Below, one piece after another: positions 46,428 through 59,400 of a stretch of DNA of 64,000 bases. The stretch's first letter is position 1; each line of letters starts with the position of its first letter. Source of the stretch: Penicillus capitatus (Eukaryota; Plantae; Chlorophyta). The position numbers and the translations under genes were made by a program. The stretch lies in the NCBI GenBank assembly GCA_965649825.1, contig OZ287697.1, positions 1,908,351 to 1,972,350 on the forward strand. Direction: 5' to 3'. A model generated the notes under the pieces. That model made no database searches and was not told where the DNA came from. It saw only the letters and a program-made list of their open reading frames with translations.

Positions 46428-48512
46428 TCAGGCAGGACGGCGAAAGAGTGCACGAAGACGTGCATCCGCCGCCTCAATGGCATCCATTTGATTTCTGTCT
46501 GCCGTCTGCGTGGCATTTATCACAGCGCAATCCTGTTGCTGGACAAGATCGATGGGAGGCGGCGGCGGCGGCGAATCTTCTTCGTGAGGAATCGATGTGA
46601 GTGCCATAGTACCGTCCGGATTCTCAACGGCGATCGCTCTTGATTCCTTCTTCTGCACGACTGTCTCTTCGGTGACAGGTGGCAGAGGTTCTTGATGTTC
46701 GGTAGAGGGTCGGTTCAGCTCGACGGCCTCTTCTTGAGTCGGTTGCGATCGGCCATTGAAAATGGCATCGATCTCAGGATCATCAAATCGAACGGTCATC
46801 ATACGGAACTCGGGATGTGTGTCTTCGAAGCCGGCTAAGGAATTGAGTAAATTCTTCCAGAGCTCGGATGGCGGCGACCTATTGTCCTCTGAACTGCTCG
46901 ATTCAGATCCCCCCGATCCTTCGGGATGCGTCATTTCTACCGTACCTGTTGATGGAGAGAAGGGACTGGGTGGAGCAGGAGTGTATGCGGAAGACGAAGG
47001 TTCGTCCGAAGGAAACGATAACAAATTGAAGGGTGGCGTTGTCGTCACCTGTCGCAGAACATTCTCAAACGACCAACGGGGCGGCTCAGAACCTACAGAT
47101 GATTATGCGTCATGCACATCCCTCTATCGGCAGAGAGACACACTTTCGGCGACAGGACTGTTCGGTTCTTCATGCGGGATGGGATGGGCTAGCGGCAGAG
47201 AATGAGATCTGAGTGCGGGAATGTCAAGCTCTTCTCCTGCACGTGTATTTGAAGATGTCCCCCGATTCGACGTCGCTGGTGGCGGCGGCGGCGGCGGTGG
47301 CGGCGGCGGCGGTGTCTGTACGGGTTCGGATGGTGCGCGGCTTTCTGCCTTGCGCATTTCGATCATAGAAGAGATCAGCGTCTGTTCCAACAGCAGGTCA
47401 TTGAACTCCTCTAGACGTAATCCCAAATCCTCAGGACACACACCCAGATAGTCTTCACACTGCCGAAGCTCGGAGTTGCTCTACAGAGGATAGATACGTC
47501 CAGAGATAATCCTTGACGTCACAGCAGATGTACCAGAGGAGAGAGCGAAGCGCGTTGGCTAAGGGCAGCATATTCTTGCCGATACTCATCCTCGACGCTT
47601 CTAGGCGTTGGAAGGTTATAATGACTAGATGAGGCATCCCCTGACGCAATAGCGCTAGCTAGCGACATTTGACAGGACAGAAATGCAGTGCGGGTCTCAC
47701 CCGGGTCTGTTCGAGGCGTTATGGGTTGAAGATTCTGTTCTCTACTCTCTATCCCGTTTTCCAGTTGTTCGGGATCTGTGACCACTGGCGATAAAACTGT
47801 TTCATTCTGAGTCGTACTATTCTCAGAGGACAGTGGTGAATGTCTATCTTCGCTCCTATCATTTGACGCCTAAATCACAGCCGCCATCTTAACAAAGAGT
47901 GAGATCACACAATGACGACACTCACTGTTAATTGACGCAAACGAAACTCAGCAAATCGTTGTTCGTCCAACAACTCTTCTCTTTTTTCCGATTCCGTCTT
48001 GCCTTCGCTGATCTAAACAAAGACACCCATCCATCCCTTCCCATGAATGCGACTTTTCCCATGATGTGACGCTCACTTCAACGTCTAGACATGATTTCTT
48101 GCAAAAAGGACATGAACTCCCCGATAGAGGACATCCAATGCGTATCTACCATCATCACACGCCGCCATATGATTACAAGAGTGTGATAGGGGCAGTCATG
48201 TCCCTAACTTGTACAATACATTCAGAACATATTCTTTGCCCGCAGCATTTGGTCTTATTCATGACACAATAGTACATGCAACAGATGGGGCATTCCACGA
48301 CCTAAGCGCTCTTTTCGTCTGTACGTTTGGCCAAAAGAAACGGTTACGTTAGCATCTGAGGTCGGTTCGTCCATTCCTGGATAGAAAGGAGCGAGTCGTC
48401 CTCGCTGAACGAGTTTCTTGAAGAGTCGAGCGTCTGCTGTTTCGAGAGTGCCTGCCAACTGAGGCACGAGAAATTTATCCGGGACTTGGGTCTTGCACAG
48501 ACGATGACCCAT
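46428..48512 (-). CDS. GW2/DA2/Sip5-like RING E3 ubiquitin ligase (multi-exon; 3' end approximate)
   Basis: N-terminal MG; [16 protein letters not shown]; [28 protein letters not shown]; [11 protein letters not shown] segment; Pro-rich tail. Confidence 0.85.
47278..47313. repeat. (GGC/GGT)n trinucleotide tract encoding poly-Pro in the RING E3
   Basis: About 12 consecutive GGC/GGT units. Confidence 0.9.
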
Positions 48513-48630
48513 TTTTCGAAACCATTCGGTGAGTCCACTCATCTTTGGAGGACGTAACAAACAACGACGATACGTCTAACGCGACGGGGTCTCAAAAGGA
48601 TGTCTTTGTCTCTGTTGATGTGACGGCCGT
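48513..48630. promoter_or_regulatory. Short bidirectional promoter region with TGATGTGAC (48616)
   Basis: Divergent ATGs of the RING E3 and DUS3 lie about 118 bp apart. Confidence 0.5.
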
Positions 48631-50579
48631 ATGGAACGGAAACGAAAAGAAGTGGCGTCTATCAAACCGGCATATCTCAAAGCGACGAGAACCGAAAAGA
48701 AAATCGCCGACTCGACGCCGCATTCGCAGATTACGACGGAGAAAAAATCGAAGAAGCGGCTGAAACGCGTAGACAGGACGCTGATGACAGACTGTCGCCA
48801 TGGCGATGCTGGTGTGGATGACAGGAGAGCAGAGAACGGATCGGAACGGAACTCTGTCATGCTTTTGTGAAAGGAGAATGCGATCGCGAAGCGCAGAAGT
48901 GCCGCTTCTCTCATGACATAGAAGCTTATCTGGCCCAGAAACCGCCGCCGCTACCGGGAACGTGTATTTTTCATGACGTCCAGGGCACCTGTCCCTACGG
49001 TGAGATGCTGTTCTCAGAAGAGCTGTTGTTAGCAGAGAGGCTCAGGGATGACGTGTCGTTTTGATCATGGGATATTGGAGAGGGATGTGTCTGGAGAGGG
49101 TTTGCCCAAGGTGACGCCTGTTATGGAGCTGCAGAATCGATTGTCGATCGAAACGCGGAGATCGTTGCGAAAAGGATCTTACGATTACAGCCGAGCCGAT
49201 ACTGTCGTGACATCGATGAGCCTGTCACATCAGCAAAAGAGTGATGGCGATGAGGGAGTCGATGTCCCGCTGAGACAGGAAGAGAAAAAGCGCGTCGATT
49301 TTGGCGGACTGCTCTACTTGGCGCCGCTAACCACTTTGGGCAATCTACCGTTCCGCAGAATGTGTGTTGGCTATGGGGCTGATGTGACGTGCAGCGAGAT
49401 GGCTCTGGCCACGAACCTGATTCAAGGACAGCAGACAGAGTGGGCTCTGGTCAAACGCCATCCCAGCGAAAAGCTCTTTGGCATCCAAGTCCCTCCAGCA
49501 TCTCCAATTGATCTTTTGGATCTATGGCAACGTGGATGAGCAGATCTGTGGCGGCTACGTGGATAAGCTGACGAGATGTGGGCAGTTGATGGAAGACGTC
49601 TGTCAGATGGACTTTATTGATGTGAATCTCGGCTGTCCCATCGACTCAATCTGCCAAAGAGGCGCTGGATCTTCTCTTCTCCTAAGGCCTCAACGCATCA
49701 AGCTTCTTTCCCAATCGCTCTCTTCGGTACTGACCTGTCCTCTGACGCTCAAAATGCGAAAAGGATACCATGACCATTCTGATGTGACGTCTCTATGCAT
49801 CGCGTCATGCACGCCATCCAGTTACAAGTCCTGTAGGTGGTGCATCGATTTCTCCCTGACGTTTCGAAATGGGGTGTCTCAGCCGTGACATTGCACGGCC
49901 GGACGCGAGCCCAGCGCTATACCAAAGAGGCAGACTGGATGTACATCTACTCCTGTGCCAAAGAGACCACCGATGTCCAGTTCATCGGAAACGGCGATAT
50001 TTTCTCCTTTACGGAATGGGAAGATCGACTGGCAGCTTCCGAAGGATCGCTGACGACCTGCATGATCGGCAGAGCTGCGCTCATCAAACCATGGATCTTT
50101 ACAGGTATCATCCAGATCCTCGCGCCAATGCTGAAACCGTCACAGAAATCAAGGAACGTCGTCATTGGGACATCTCTGCCAGTGAGAGGCTCGATATGTT
50201 GAAGCTCTTCTGTTCGAGAGGACTGGAGCATTGGGGATCGGATGCTCGAGGCGTCGAAACGACAAGGCAGGCTCCTGGCGGCTGCACCGTCTGTCGATCT
50301 TTACGCCCCTGTATCGTGTGTAGGCGATTTCTGTTGGAATGGCTGAGTTTTCTGTACCGTTACATACCGGTAGGGATACTTGAGGAGCTGCCGCAGACAA
50401 TTGCCTTGCGGCCTCCCGCAGCGTTCGGGCGAAATGATCTCGAAACGCTCTTTATGAGCGAGAGTGCACAGGACTGGGTGAAAATCAGCGAGCGGCTGCT
50501 TGGACCGGCACCCAAGGGCTTTACTTTTTGCCCTAAGCACAAGTCGAATGCATACAGTGTCGGCGAAGTGACGTCTTAG
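48631..50579 (+). CDS. DUS3: tRNA-dihydrouridine(47) synthase DUS3-like with CCCH fingers (multi-exon)
   Basis: CRFSHD..C (CCCH), [69 protein letters not shown]. Confidence 0.95.
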
Positions 50580-50635
50580 ATTTTCCGCCCCCCTGTCTTC
50601 GAAACCGAGCGCGCTTTTGTCGCTGTCCCTTTCAG

Positions 50636-51279
50636 ATGTCGTGGTCGCCGCATATCGTCGATGACGTTATCGACCTGACTGCCGACAACAACGTCGACCC
50701 CTTCGCCACACCTCTCCGTCATAGTGAACCGCCGCTGTGCGTCTGGGCTGCCTCTACGCAGAAGAGACCATCCTTTGCTCGGCCTTGGTGGTATCGCATG
50801 CCGCATTTCGTCCCGGCCGCTGCGATCGAGTTCGATGCCGAGAAGGGACGCGGAATCAACCCACGGTGAGCAGCCGAGATGACAGAAACAGAAGAGAGAG
50901 TGGGCGGGACGGTGTTTAGGACGGGTGAGACAGTGTACGTCGACTATCTCAATCAATTCCAGACAGACACAGCGTCATTGGCCGCAGTGAAGCAGCCGAC
51001 GCGGCCAAACGAGAAACAGCGTCACGAGATGCCGGCCGCGATTAAGGGACGCTTATCAGAGGGAGATTTCCGAGTGGGATGGACGACAAATGCAGATGGC
51101 AAAACGGTGGGCTTCAGGATAAGGTGATGGAAACATACGAGGCTGTCATGGCTCGATAGGTTTTCAAGACAAAGGATGGAAAGGAGTACGTGGGAATGAA
51201 AGCTTACGAGATGAACAAGATAATCAAAATGGCGGACGCTGAATCTCAAAGACGAAGAGAGGACGTCATCACTCTGTAA
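50636..51279 (+). CDS. Hypothetical nuclear-type protein (three exons) with N-terminal SIM-like motif
   Basis: DDVIDLT motif; GT-AG introns about 50867-50920 and 51108-51160 give one ORF ending EDVITL-TAA. Confidence 0.55.
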
Positions 51280-51336
51280 AACTCTGAAACGCGTGTAAAA
51301 ACTTTGTTCCGAGATGGCGGCGGCTGTGGCGGCGGA

Positions 51337-54300
51337 TTAAGAGAAGAGCGAAAACGCGAGAGGAGTTTGGCCGAGCTCAGGTTTCGCAGACGGATGAGAA
51401 GGAGAAGAGAGAGGAGGACTGGGGGCGTCGCATTCGGCGCTATCGTTGAGATTTGTGCTTTGCCAGTCGGTCGGTCTGAATCCGGGAGACAGACCCACGA
51501 CAGCACCACGGTCGTTCGTCAAATCTCCCCACCATACTTGGATCTTTCCAGCGTTCTCTGACCCTTCGAGCCATAAGATGATTTGAAAAGTGCTTGTCTC
51601 GGACGCATCTGCAACGCCCGGGTGCGTGTGTGTTTGAGAAGGGGAGAAGGACCTGCTGCGTTCCAACACAGGACGTCTTGATAGCTGATGACGACTTTGG
51701 CATCTTCGATGACGTCGACCGACACTTGCGCCGCTCCAGTAGAAGGATCCAGATCCTGCAAAGCGTCGGGGTCGTGGCGGCGCTACGTGGACGGAGAGAC
51801 GTCACCTGAAACCAGGCACTGATACGTGGCTTTGCCCAATGCGTGTCCGTCAAAGCCAGAGGTTGTTGTGATGTGAATGTCGTTGCCTGAGGGAAGAACT
51901 TTTCGGGATAGTGATCATCAAAGAGTGCCGCTTCGTAGGCTTCGATTCTCGGCGCCGTGTTGAGAGGCTTCTCTTCGGGGACACTAGCGTAACGAAAGTC
52001 GCCAGTACCAAAAGTCAGGTAGCCGTTAGATCCGACATGCACCGAGCGGTATTCGCGACCAAAGAACCTGAAGACGCCTGGAAACAAGTACTAAAAAGAT
52101 GCTCGCTCTGTCAAACAGGTATCGAGCGCTTTGTGAATTGGCGCACTTCGACGGAGCTATCGTCGGGAATGGTCAGAAGGGAACGGCTTCGGGAGAAACG
52201 ATTCTCTGGGGCGATGATGCGAGAGTTCGACGAGAAGCACGACGTGTACGCATCGTCCGCGATGGGTGTCAGATTCCATATCCTGTGCTGAAGATGCAGG
52301 TCGTCTGGCAGAATCCACTGCGCCGGAACCGCATGATCGCAAGGTACATACGAAAAGCTGCACACGCATACGTGGGTTCGTCACAGCGATGTGACAGCTG
52401 GATCACTTTGAGTCGGCACAGTCTTTGTACTGAGTGAGATTCGGACAGCGCGCGCCGCAGCATTTCGGTGTTTGGTCGATTCAGTAGTGCCGCACTTGCA
52501 GATGCTGTCCACAGACGGATCCAGACCGCGGACAAGAGGACCAGTCATCCTTGGCAGACACCTGAAAGCACCGTCGATGCCGAACCATGTGTCAGTCGTC
52601 TTCAGCTGTACGACCTGACAGTCGATTGGATGCTGGCAGGTTTTCAAACCGTTGATGTTACACATCAGTGGCGGCGCGATGAATTTCCTGCTCGATTTCT
52701 CTTTGGTAACGATCGTCGGCGTTCGTGTGAATCCAGCTTTGATCGCGTCGTACACCTGACCAGGAGTGGCATTACGATGGTTCTGTAGATACAGTGCCGC
52801 GACGTCTGCCGATGTGACAATCGTCGTTAGGCGTGTGGAAGAGAGCTTCACCCGCGACGAAAGGCGCCGCCATAGATGTGCCGCTCTTCTTGACGTAAGA
52901 CGTGTTGGACGTCGTTGCCGAACTGACGATGTTTCTTCCCGGTGCCCATACGTCCACACACGGGCCGAAATTCGAAAACGTCGCGCGTACGTCCTCGCGA
53001 TCCTTGTCAATCTCCGTTGCACCGACCTGACGGTGCATCCAAGCCGTTTTGCACAGAAGTGCGACGGCGTACGGTGAGCACGTGGTTCGAATTGGCAGGG
53101 GTAAAGGCGCAAGCGTCCGTTTCATAGTTTCCGGCCGCCACGACCACCACAACGCCTATAACGTTTCCAGGTTGTGTTCCGAAAGGCACTGATGCGCCGT
53201 CTACCGGCATCGTACAGAAGCTTCATGATCTCGTTCAAAGTGACGTCCTCTCCCGGAGCTGCGATGGACATAGAGAGCACTGCCGGGAAACGTTTGTTGT
53301 GAACGATGTCGCGGTAGATCCATTCCAGCCCCTCGAAGACTCGACTGCTGGTCGCGGAGCCTCGGGTGTCCAGAACCTTCACACCATGCAGAAACGCATC
53401 CTTGGCCACTCCAGATTTCCGTCCTGCCGCAATGCCCATGCAATGCGTGCCTGCAGAGATAAATCTCTCCAAAATGCGTTTTTAGCAGTGTCCGTGCCGT
53501 GGCCGTTGTCGTCAGCGCCGTTGGGAGAGCGATCCATGACGCTCCAGCCTTCGCGAATGCGCCCGGCGAAGTCCTCATGTTCGGCGTAGATGCCAGAGTC
53601 CATGATGTAAAGGTGGACGCCGCATCCTGTCAGTCGCTCTTTGACGTCGTACTCGTTGTTCAGCAACGCAGTATCTTGATCACACCTGTCGAGTGAAACC
53701 AGAGCGCTCGGCAGACAATTGATCCGTCACACGTACCTATCCAACCCCCAGTTCATCACATGCGTCTGCGGAAAACCGTCGAAGCGACCAGAACCGTCGC
53801 ATATGGCTTCGGAGGTGTATTGAACACTCGGCGTGCGGACATCGCCGCCAAAGAAAGTTCTGTCGACTTCGACACGGATACCATCGACTTCCATCGTCTC
53901 TAGGAAGGCGACGAGATCGGTCGGCTGAGTTCCGCGACACGTCAGAAAAACCAAGCCGAAGAGATGTCCTGTCGAGAAACAGCGTGTATTCGTGTATCGG
54001 CTAGAAGTACAGACACGACCTGAGTCGCCTCTTTCGCAGCGGCATGGGTTGGACAGTTCATCGCATAAGCTTGCGGCTTCGAGATCTTCGCGGTCCTTGA
54101 ACTTGACTGCGCAACAAATGGGCGGTGTCGAATGGAGAGATAGGTCCGTCTTCTTGTACCGATCCACGATGTCGTTTGTGCAGGTTTGCTGCCGTCATCC
54201 GTCTGTTGAGCGAACGAAGAGACGTGATCAAATTCAGACGATCTGTACCATTCATTCTTTGTCCCCTGCGGCATGGAGGCGGTAGACGGATGATCGAGAG

Positions 54301-54442
54301 ACCACCCGGGGCTTACCACTTCAACGGAGCTCGATTGAACGACGACGTGGAAGAAGCTCAAGATGACGAAGGCATGCGTGTAGAGTGATCGTTTTGTAGA
54401 TGTAAGCAAAGGAGACACGGGCAATGCGTTGCTGTATGTCAT
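51337..54442 (-). CDS. Secreted proteinase K-like subtilase (S8A) with Cys-rich linker and NIDO-like C-terminal domain (multi-exon)
   Basis: [55 protein letters not shown]; [33 protein letters not shown]. Confidence 0.88.
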
Positions 54443-54912
54443 AGTCGCGTCGCCTTTGTTAATTGTCGTGTGTTCAGCGTCGTGTTTGCGCTCGACGACG
54501 GTCTCCGTTTTCTCCTCGGCCGAGAAACGACCGACGACGACGCATCGGATACCGCGAACACGTTTTGGTGATCTGAGCTGCAGATTCCATATCTTCGACA
54601 GAAAGGCGAACCAGCTATGAAAGACAGCGGAGGGCGTATGTGCAGCAATCCAAACTGTTTGCTTTCCTGCGATGACGCTGACGAACGCATGGTGCTCTTG
54701 TTGTGGCAGTATCCATTTGCCTTCTTTACACGAGAGAAGCGCGTCAGCTTCTACACAGCTGCCAAAACTCAGCAAAGGCAAAGAAAGAGAACAATGTCTG
54801 TTGGCCTGGAGAATCTGAGTAAAAAAGTATCGTGCAGTGCAGAAAGAGCCATGAGAGGTGAAATCTCGTAGGAGGCGAACCTTCGCCTACATTCGGGGTC
54901 AGTGGCAGTCTT

Positions 54913-55143
54913 TTAGCTCTTCTTGGTGCTGAAATCAGCAATAGGTTTCATCGACCGCATCCAGTTTTCGAGTATGACCTGTTCGGTCTCTCCGAGAAGA
55001 ATTTCGTCCGATTCGTGCATCTTGCTGTATCCGACTCTCTGTGAGCCTTGGTTGAACTGACCAGCATTCTTGTCTACACCTGATGTTTCGTTCCGAACGT
55101 GCTTATCCTGTGCATATTGAGCTGCGTGATACGTTTCTCGCAT
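54913..55143 (-). CDS. Possible small ORF
   Basis: 76-codon ATG ORF in an intergenic gap, with a helical-looking C-terminus. Confidence 0.2.
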   Translation of the reverse strand: MRETYHAAQYAQDKHVRNETSGVDKNAGQFNQGSQRVGYSKMHESDEILLGETEQVILENWMRSMKPIADFSTKKS

Positions 55144-55703
55144 CTCGATACTTGCCTAGCATCAGAAATCGTCATCTCAGAATGTGGGATGCCAAAGAAC
55201 TTGGTGTTTAAGGATATCCAGCATTTTATTGCGTTACGCCAAAGGAATCGGTCATCGCATGCCTGCGATTAAACTGATCTTCGTCATGCAGCCACAAGGC
55301 ATTGTCAGTTGCCATTTCCATGAGAATACCAGCAAATCACAAAACACGTTGGATGCACTGTTTTTTTTTGTCTGAAGGTGCGAGAGTTATCCAAGTGACA
55401 TCACATCAGGTGTGCAATATCTATTCGGAGAGAAACGACGAGGGAGGTACGCGAAAAGAAACGCTCAGTGGATGATGTACCGCGATGAAAGGAACAGGAA
55501 ATGACAGGTGCGAAGGAGGCGAGCCTACAAACGGTTCAAGGTGTACAGATCGTTGCCATCGCGTAATGACGCTCTCTGTTTATCGGAACAACCTCCCGAC
55601 GCTCGAGACCGACAAAAAGCTCATGTCACGACGTCGCATCCGTTGTTCCGTCATTTCTCCTGCTTGATTCACGCCTTTACGTTGACAGACGAGGCCGTTC
55701 GCC

Positions 55704-58254
55704 ATGGAGGTCATCGAAATCGATGACGATACAGAGTCGGAGGGGAGCGACGAAGTGATGTATGTGAGAGAGCTTTCGGACCCGCTGCCGAAACCACGCA
55801 TCAGAAACATTCTCCCTTCGACAATAATGTCGCCACCAGACGGACCTCGGATACCATTCGCAACGCCCAATTGGAGCAAAAGACAATTGCCCGACGATAA
55901 GCTGTCGAGAGGCGAACAGATTCTAAAGAGATTTCGCCGTGAGAACGAGGACACGAAGCTGCCTTCACCACAAGAGAAAAGCAAGCGTTTGTATTGCCGC
56001 AAAGATGCTGTACAGCTGGGCGAACATTCCGTAGGGGAAAGCAACGATGCGCGTCCTGTACAGGGCGCTTTGGAAATGCTTGACACAGAGGCAACAGAGG
56101 AAATGGATGTTCCCCCTGTTAGCGCTCTCTTGCTCGACCTGTTTTGTCAAAGTCGATTTCTAGGGGACATTGTGTGTGTCGCTAATGCTGCATCAGCGGT
56201 TGGCACTGTGTTGGATGGTTAAGCGCGAAAGAGGGGGGCATGATGTGTGTGGAGGAATCTTGGCAGACGATCAGGGACTGGGAAAGACAATCACTGCTCT
56301 GGCCCTCGTGCTCACGAACAAATCTCGCGGCGCATTCGACGACAATGATGCAGAGATCTGTATCTGCGAGGAGGTAGACGAGGCGTTGATGCAGAAATGG
56401 CATGGAGGTACACTGATTGTCTGCCCTGCTTCCGTGCTGCAGCAATGGAGAGCAGAAATCTGTAGCAAAGTGCATGCATTCGCAAGAGTATCCGTCTTCG
56501 TCCATCATGGCAAGGTATCACCTCATCTTTCCATACTACAACTGTCGGACAAGAGCATACCTTAGGAAAAGGCAAAGAAAGCTGAAGCTCTCACTCAGGA
56601 CACAGTGGTACTGACGACATATGCATCGTTGAGTCGAGAGACGATGAAAGTGCCGGATCACTCCAAGAAGGGCAACAAGAGTCGAAGGGTGTGTTCTCTG
56701 TGCAGTGGATCGCATTTTGAGAGCTGCTGTTGTGTTTGTTAGGTTTGTCGTGGCCCGCTGTACGATGTGCATTGGCTTCGTGTGATACTGGACGAATCTC
56801 ACTGCATCAAGAATCGTGAAACGGCATGCTCTCAGGCAGCCGTTGCCCTTTCGGCAGATTATCGCTGGTGTATGAGTGGGACACCCATTCAGAATTCCAT
56901 CGATGATCTCTTTCCCCTCTTCAAGTTCCTCCGATATCACCAATATTCGAGTTACTCACAGTTCGACTCCATCAGCCGCGCCTACAAACTCGGCAGGGCA
57001 TCTGGCGTCCGACGTCTCCGTGAGGCATTGAGCGGCGTGATGTTGAGAAGGACGAAACACTGTACCATACATGGAGTGCCGATCATACAGCTGCCGGAAA
57101 AGAGAGTGTCTCTGGTGAAAGCGGAAATGTCAGCAAAGGAGCGCGAAATGTACAAAGCCGTCGAAGTCGGAACGTACAAGACGTACAGCAAGATGCAAAA
57201 CCAGCAGGGAAACAGCTATTTTAACTATCTCGTCATGATCCTCCGCTTACGCCAAGCTTCATCCCATCCATGGTTGCTGGAAGGCACAGACCAGACGAAG
57301 CATCCAGGCACGCACTTCACAGAGATTTCGCGTTATGACGATGTGTTTGGCGCAGAAGTGACAGAGGAACAGCTCGAAGCTGCGAGAGCACTGTCGCCGG
57401 AGGAGAGACAGCTGTTTTTGCAGAAGGTGTCGACATCGCAAGATGTTTGCCCCTTCTGTGGAGATGTTCCAGAGCTTCCTGTTGTCAGTTATTGCGGCCA
57501 CGTCTTCTGCCATCAGTGTTTTTCGCTGGAAGCGGAGAAAGGCTTAGATCCAGACAACGCAGATGCTGGCTGTCCGCATTGCCAGCAGAAACTACACACC
57601 CATCGCTGCTTCACGCAACACTCCCTTCGCGCCGTTTCCGACGAACTCGCCGCGACAGGCATGCTGCCAGATGAGAAACCATGGGAATCCAGTGCCAAAG
57701 TTGACAAGCTGTTAGAGGTCTTAGAAAACATACAGGGCGATCAAATGTTGGTGGATGGCGAAGAACAGGAGGGCAGTCAGGACAAGGTCCTCGTCTTCTC
57801 CCAGTGGACGAGTATGTTAGACATTATCGAGATTCCCTTAGAGCAGCGAGGATTCCGTGTTCTCCGATTGGATGGGACAATGAGTCTCAGCACCAGATCC
57901 GCCGTCCTTGAAGAGTTCGAATCCGATCCAACGGTCTCCGTTCTTCTTATGTCTCTACGGGCAACATCGATGGGCATCAATCTGACCTGTGCTAATCATG
58001 TCATCTTGCTGGATCTGTGGTGGAATCCTTCTGTCGAGGAACAGGCCATTGATCGCGTTCACAGGATCGGGCAACACAAGACGGTCTTTGTCACGCGTAT
58101 CACGATCAAAGACACAGTGGACGAAAGAGTCTTGCAGTTGCAGCAGAAAAAGCGGGATCTTGTCGAAATGGCTGTCCGTTCTAAACGCGACGTCTGTGTT
58201 TCTGGGCAGTTGACGATGGACGACATTCACTTCTTGTTTGACGGCCTTAGATAA
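55704..58254 (+). CDS. SNF2-family helicase with RING finger (RAD5/RAD16/ULS1-like; multi-exon)
   Basis: GGILADDQGLGKT, GTLIVCPAS, VILDESH, MSGTPIQN, RING CPFC..CGHVFCHQC..CPHC, KVLVFSQWTSMLD, WWNPSVEEQAIDRVHRIGQ; N-terminal VIEIDDD. Confidence 0.95.
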
Positions 58255-58654
58255 GCCAAAAGCAGAACTGGCACGAGTTTCGCATTGAGTATACAACATA
58301 AGTGGACGTCCAGATTGAGCGAAACATAAAAAACTGACTATTGGCTGTATTGATTTGATCAAGTGGCAACCGACAGCACCACCGATCGGTTCCCATTATT
58401 GCTCAAGATATCGAAGAAAGAAAGTGTACTGTGTAAGAATAACGTTGTATGCTTCCTCGCTCGAACTGTTCACTGCGAAAACTGGCAGAAGTCGCTAAGA
58501 GTGAGTCATATGGACAGTAGATTCCCCTCCCTTATGTCCGCGCGTCTTATAGTAAATCTACGAGCGAATAAGCCGTGCAGAATTGGCTCTAAGTGTTAAA
58601 GTGAATGAAAGGGTCAGTCGTTTTGTCGCCGTTGGCAGATTGTTGTTCTTCTTG

Positions 58655-59400
58655 TCAGTCGTCACCCACGTCCTTGGCCTCCTTGTCTGCACTGTTGCTC
58701 GAATGAACACATATAAAAGAGATACGCACTATCGCAAACGTGTCGTGTTTGTATGCTTCTTCGAGGTCTTCGATGTTAGAACGGATCGTGGGCAAGGGCA
58801 CGTGTCCAGCATCTCTACCACTGTTGACAGACAGGTCCTCGCCTTCTTCATCGCTGACACTGTCGCTGTTGTAGCTTGCCTTCGATGGTAGCACCACTCA
58901 GCTAAGCACTCAAGGCTTCTTTTCCCGGACTCTTGCAAAACTGCTGCAGTTCACGGATTGCTTCAACTGTCTTTTGGTTGCCTTCGCCCATTGCATAGAT
59001 CTCGTATGCGGTGTCTTGGAACGCATAAAGAACATCTGAGTCATCAAACTACCACTCTTCAAGAGTGTCTTGGCTTCTCCTTAGCTCTACGGGTTTCTCG
59101 ACGGCCGTTCCGCGCACAACCTCTCTCGAGCTCCAAGTTGCCAACAGCTTTATTTCTTGGATGACTCTGTATATCAGAGCTTTTTGCTCACTCTTTTGTT
59201 TGAACCCATGTTGCTTTTGCGCCACCACATTGCATACGTTCCGAAGGGTTCACACCTTGCCTCTTCTCTGAGTACCGATTCTCTTGCTGCCATCGGATTT
59301 CGGAGCTAACGTACCACTCTCTTCGCTTCACGTCCACATTGTCAACAGCGTTTTGGGCTTCTTTGTATGCAGTCTTGCGGAATTCGGCACCGCTGTCACA
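58655..59400 (-). CDS. Possible hypothetical gene; exon structure unresolved
   Basis: Exon-like pieces AEFRKTAYKEAQNAVDNV, VLYAFQDTAYEIYAMGEGNQKTVEAIRELQQF, NIEDLEEAYKH. Confidence 0.35.

Noticed and set aside
51270-51300. TGTAA chlorophyte poly(A) signal
   Set aside because: Present twice here but not consistently after other stop codons, so not annotated as a general signal.
54868-54890. Small hairpin GTAGGAGGCGAACCTTCGCCTAC
   Set aside because: Single short stem with no U-tract or second copy; compatible with chance.
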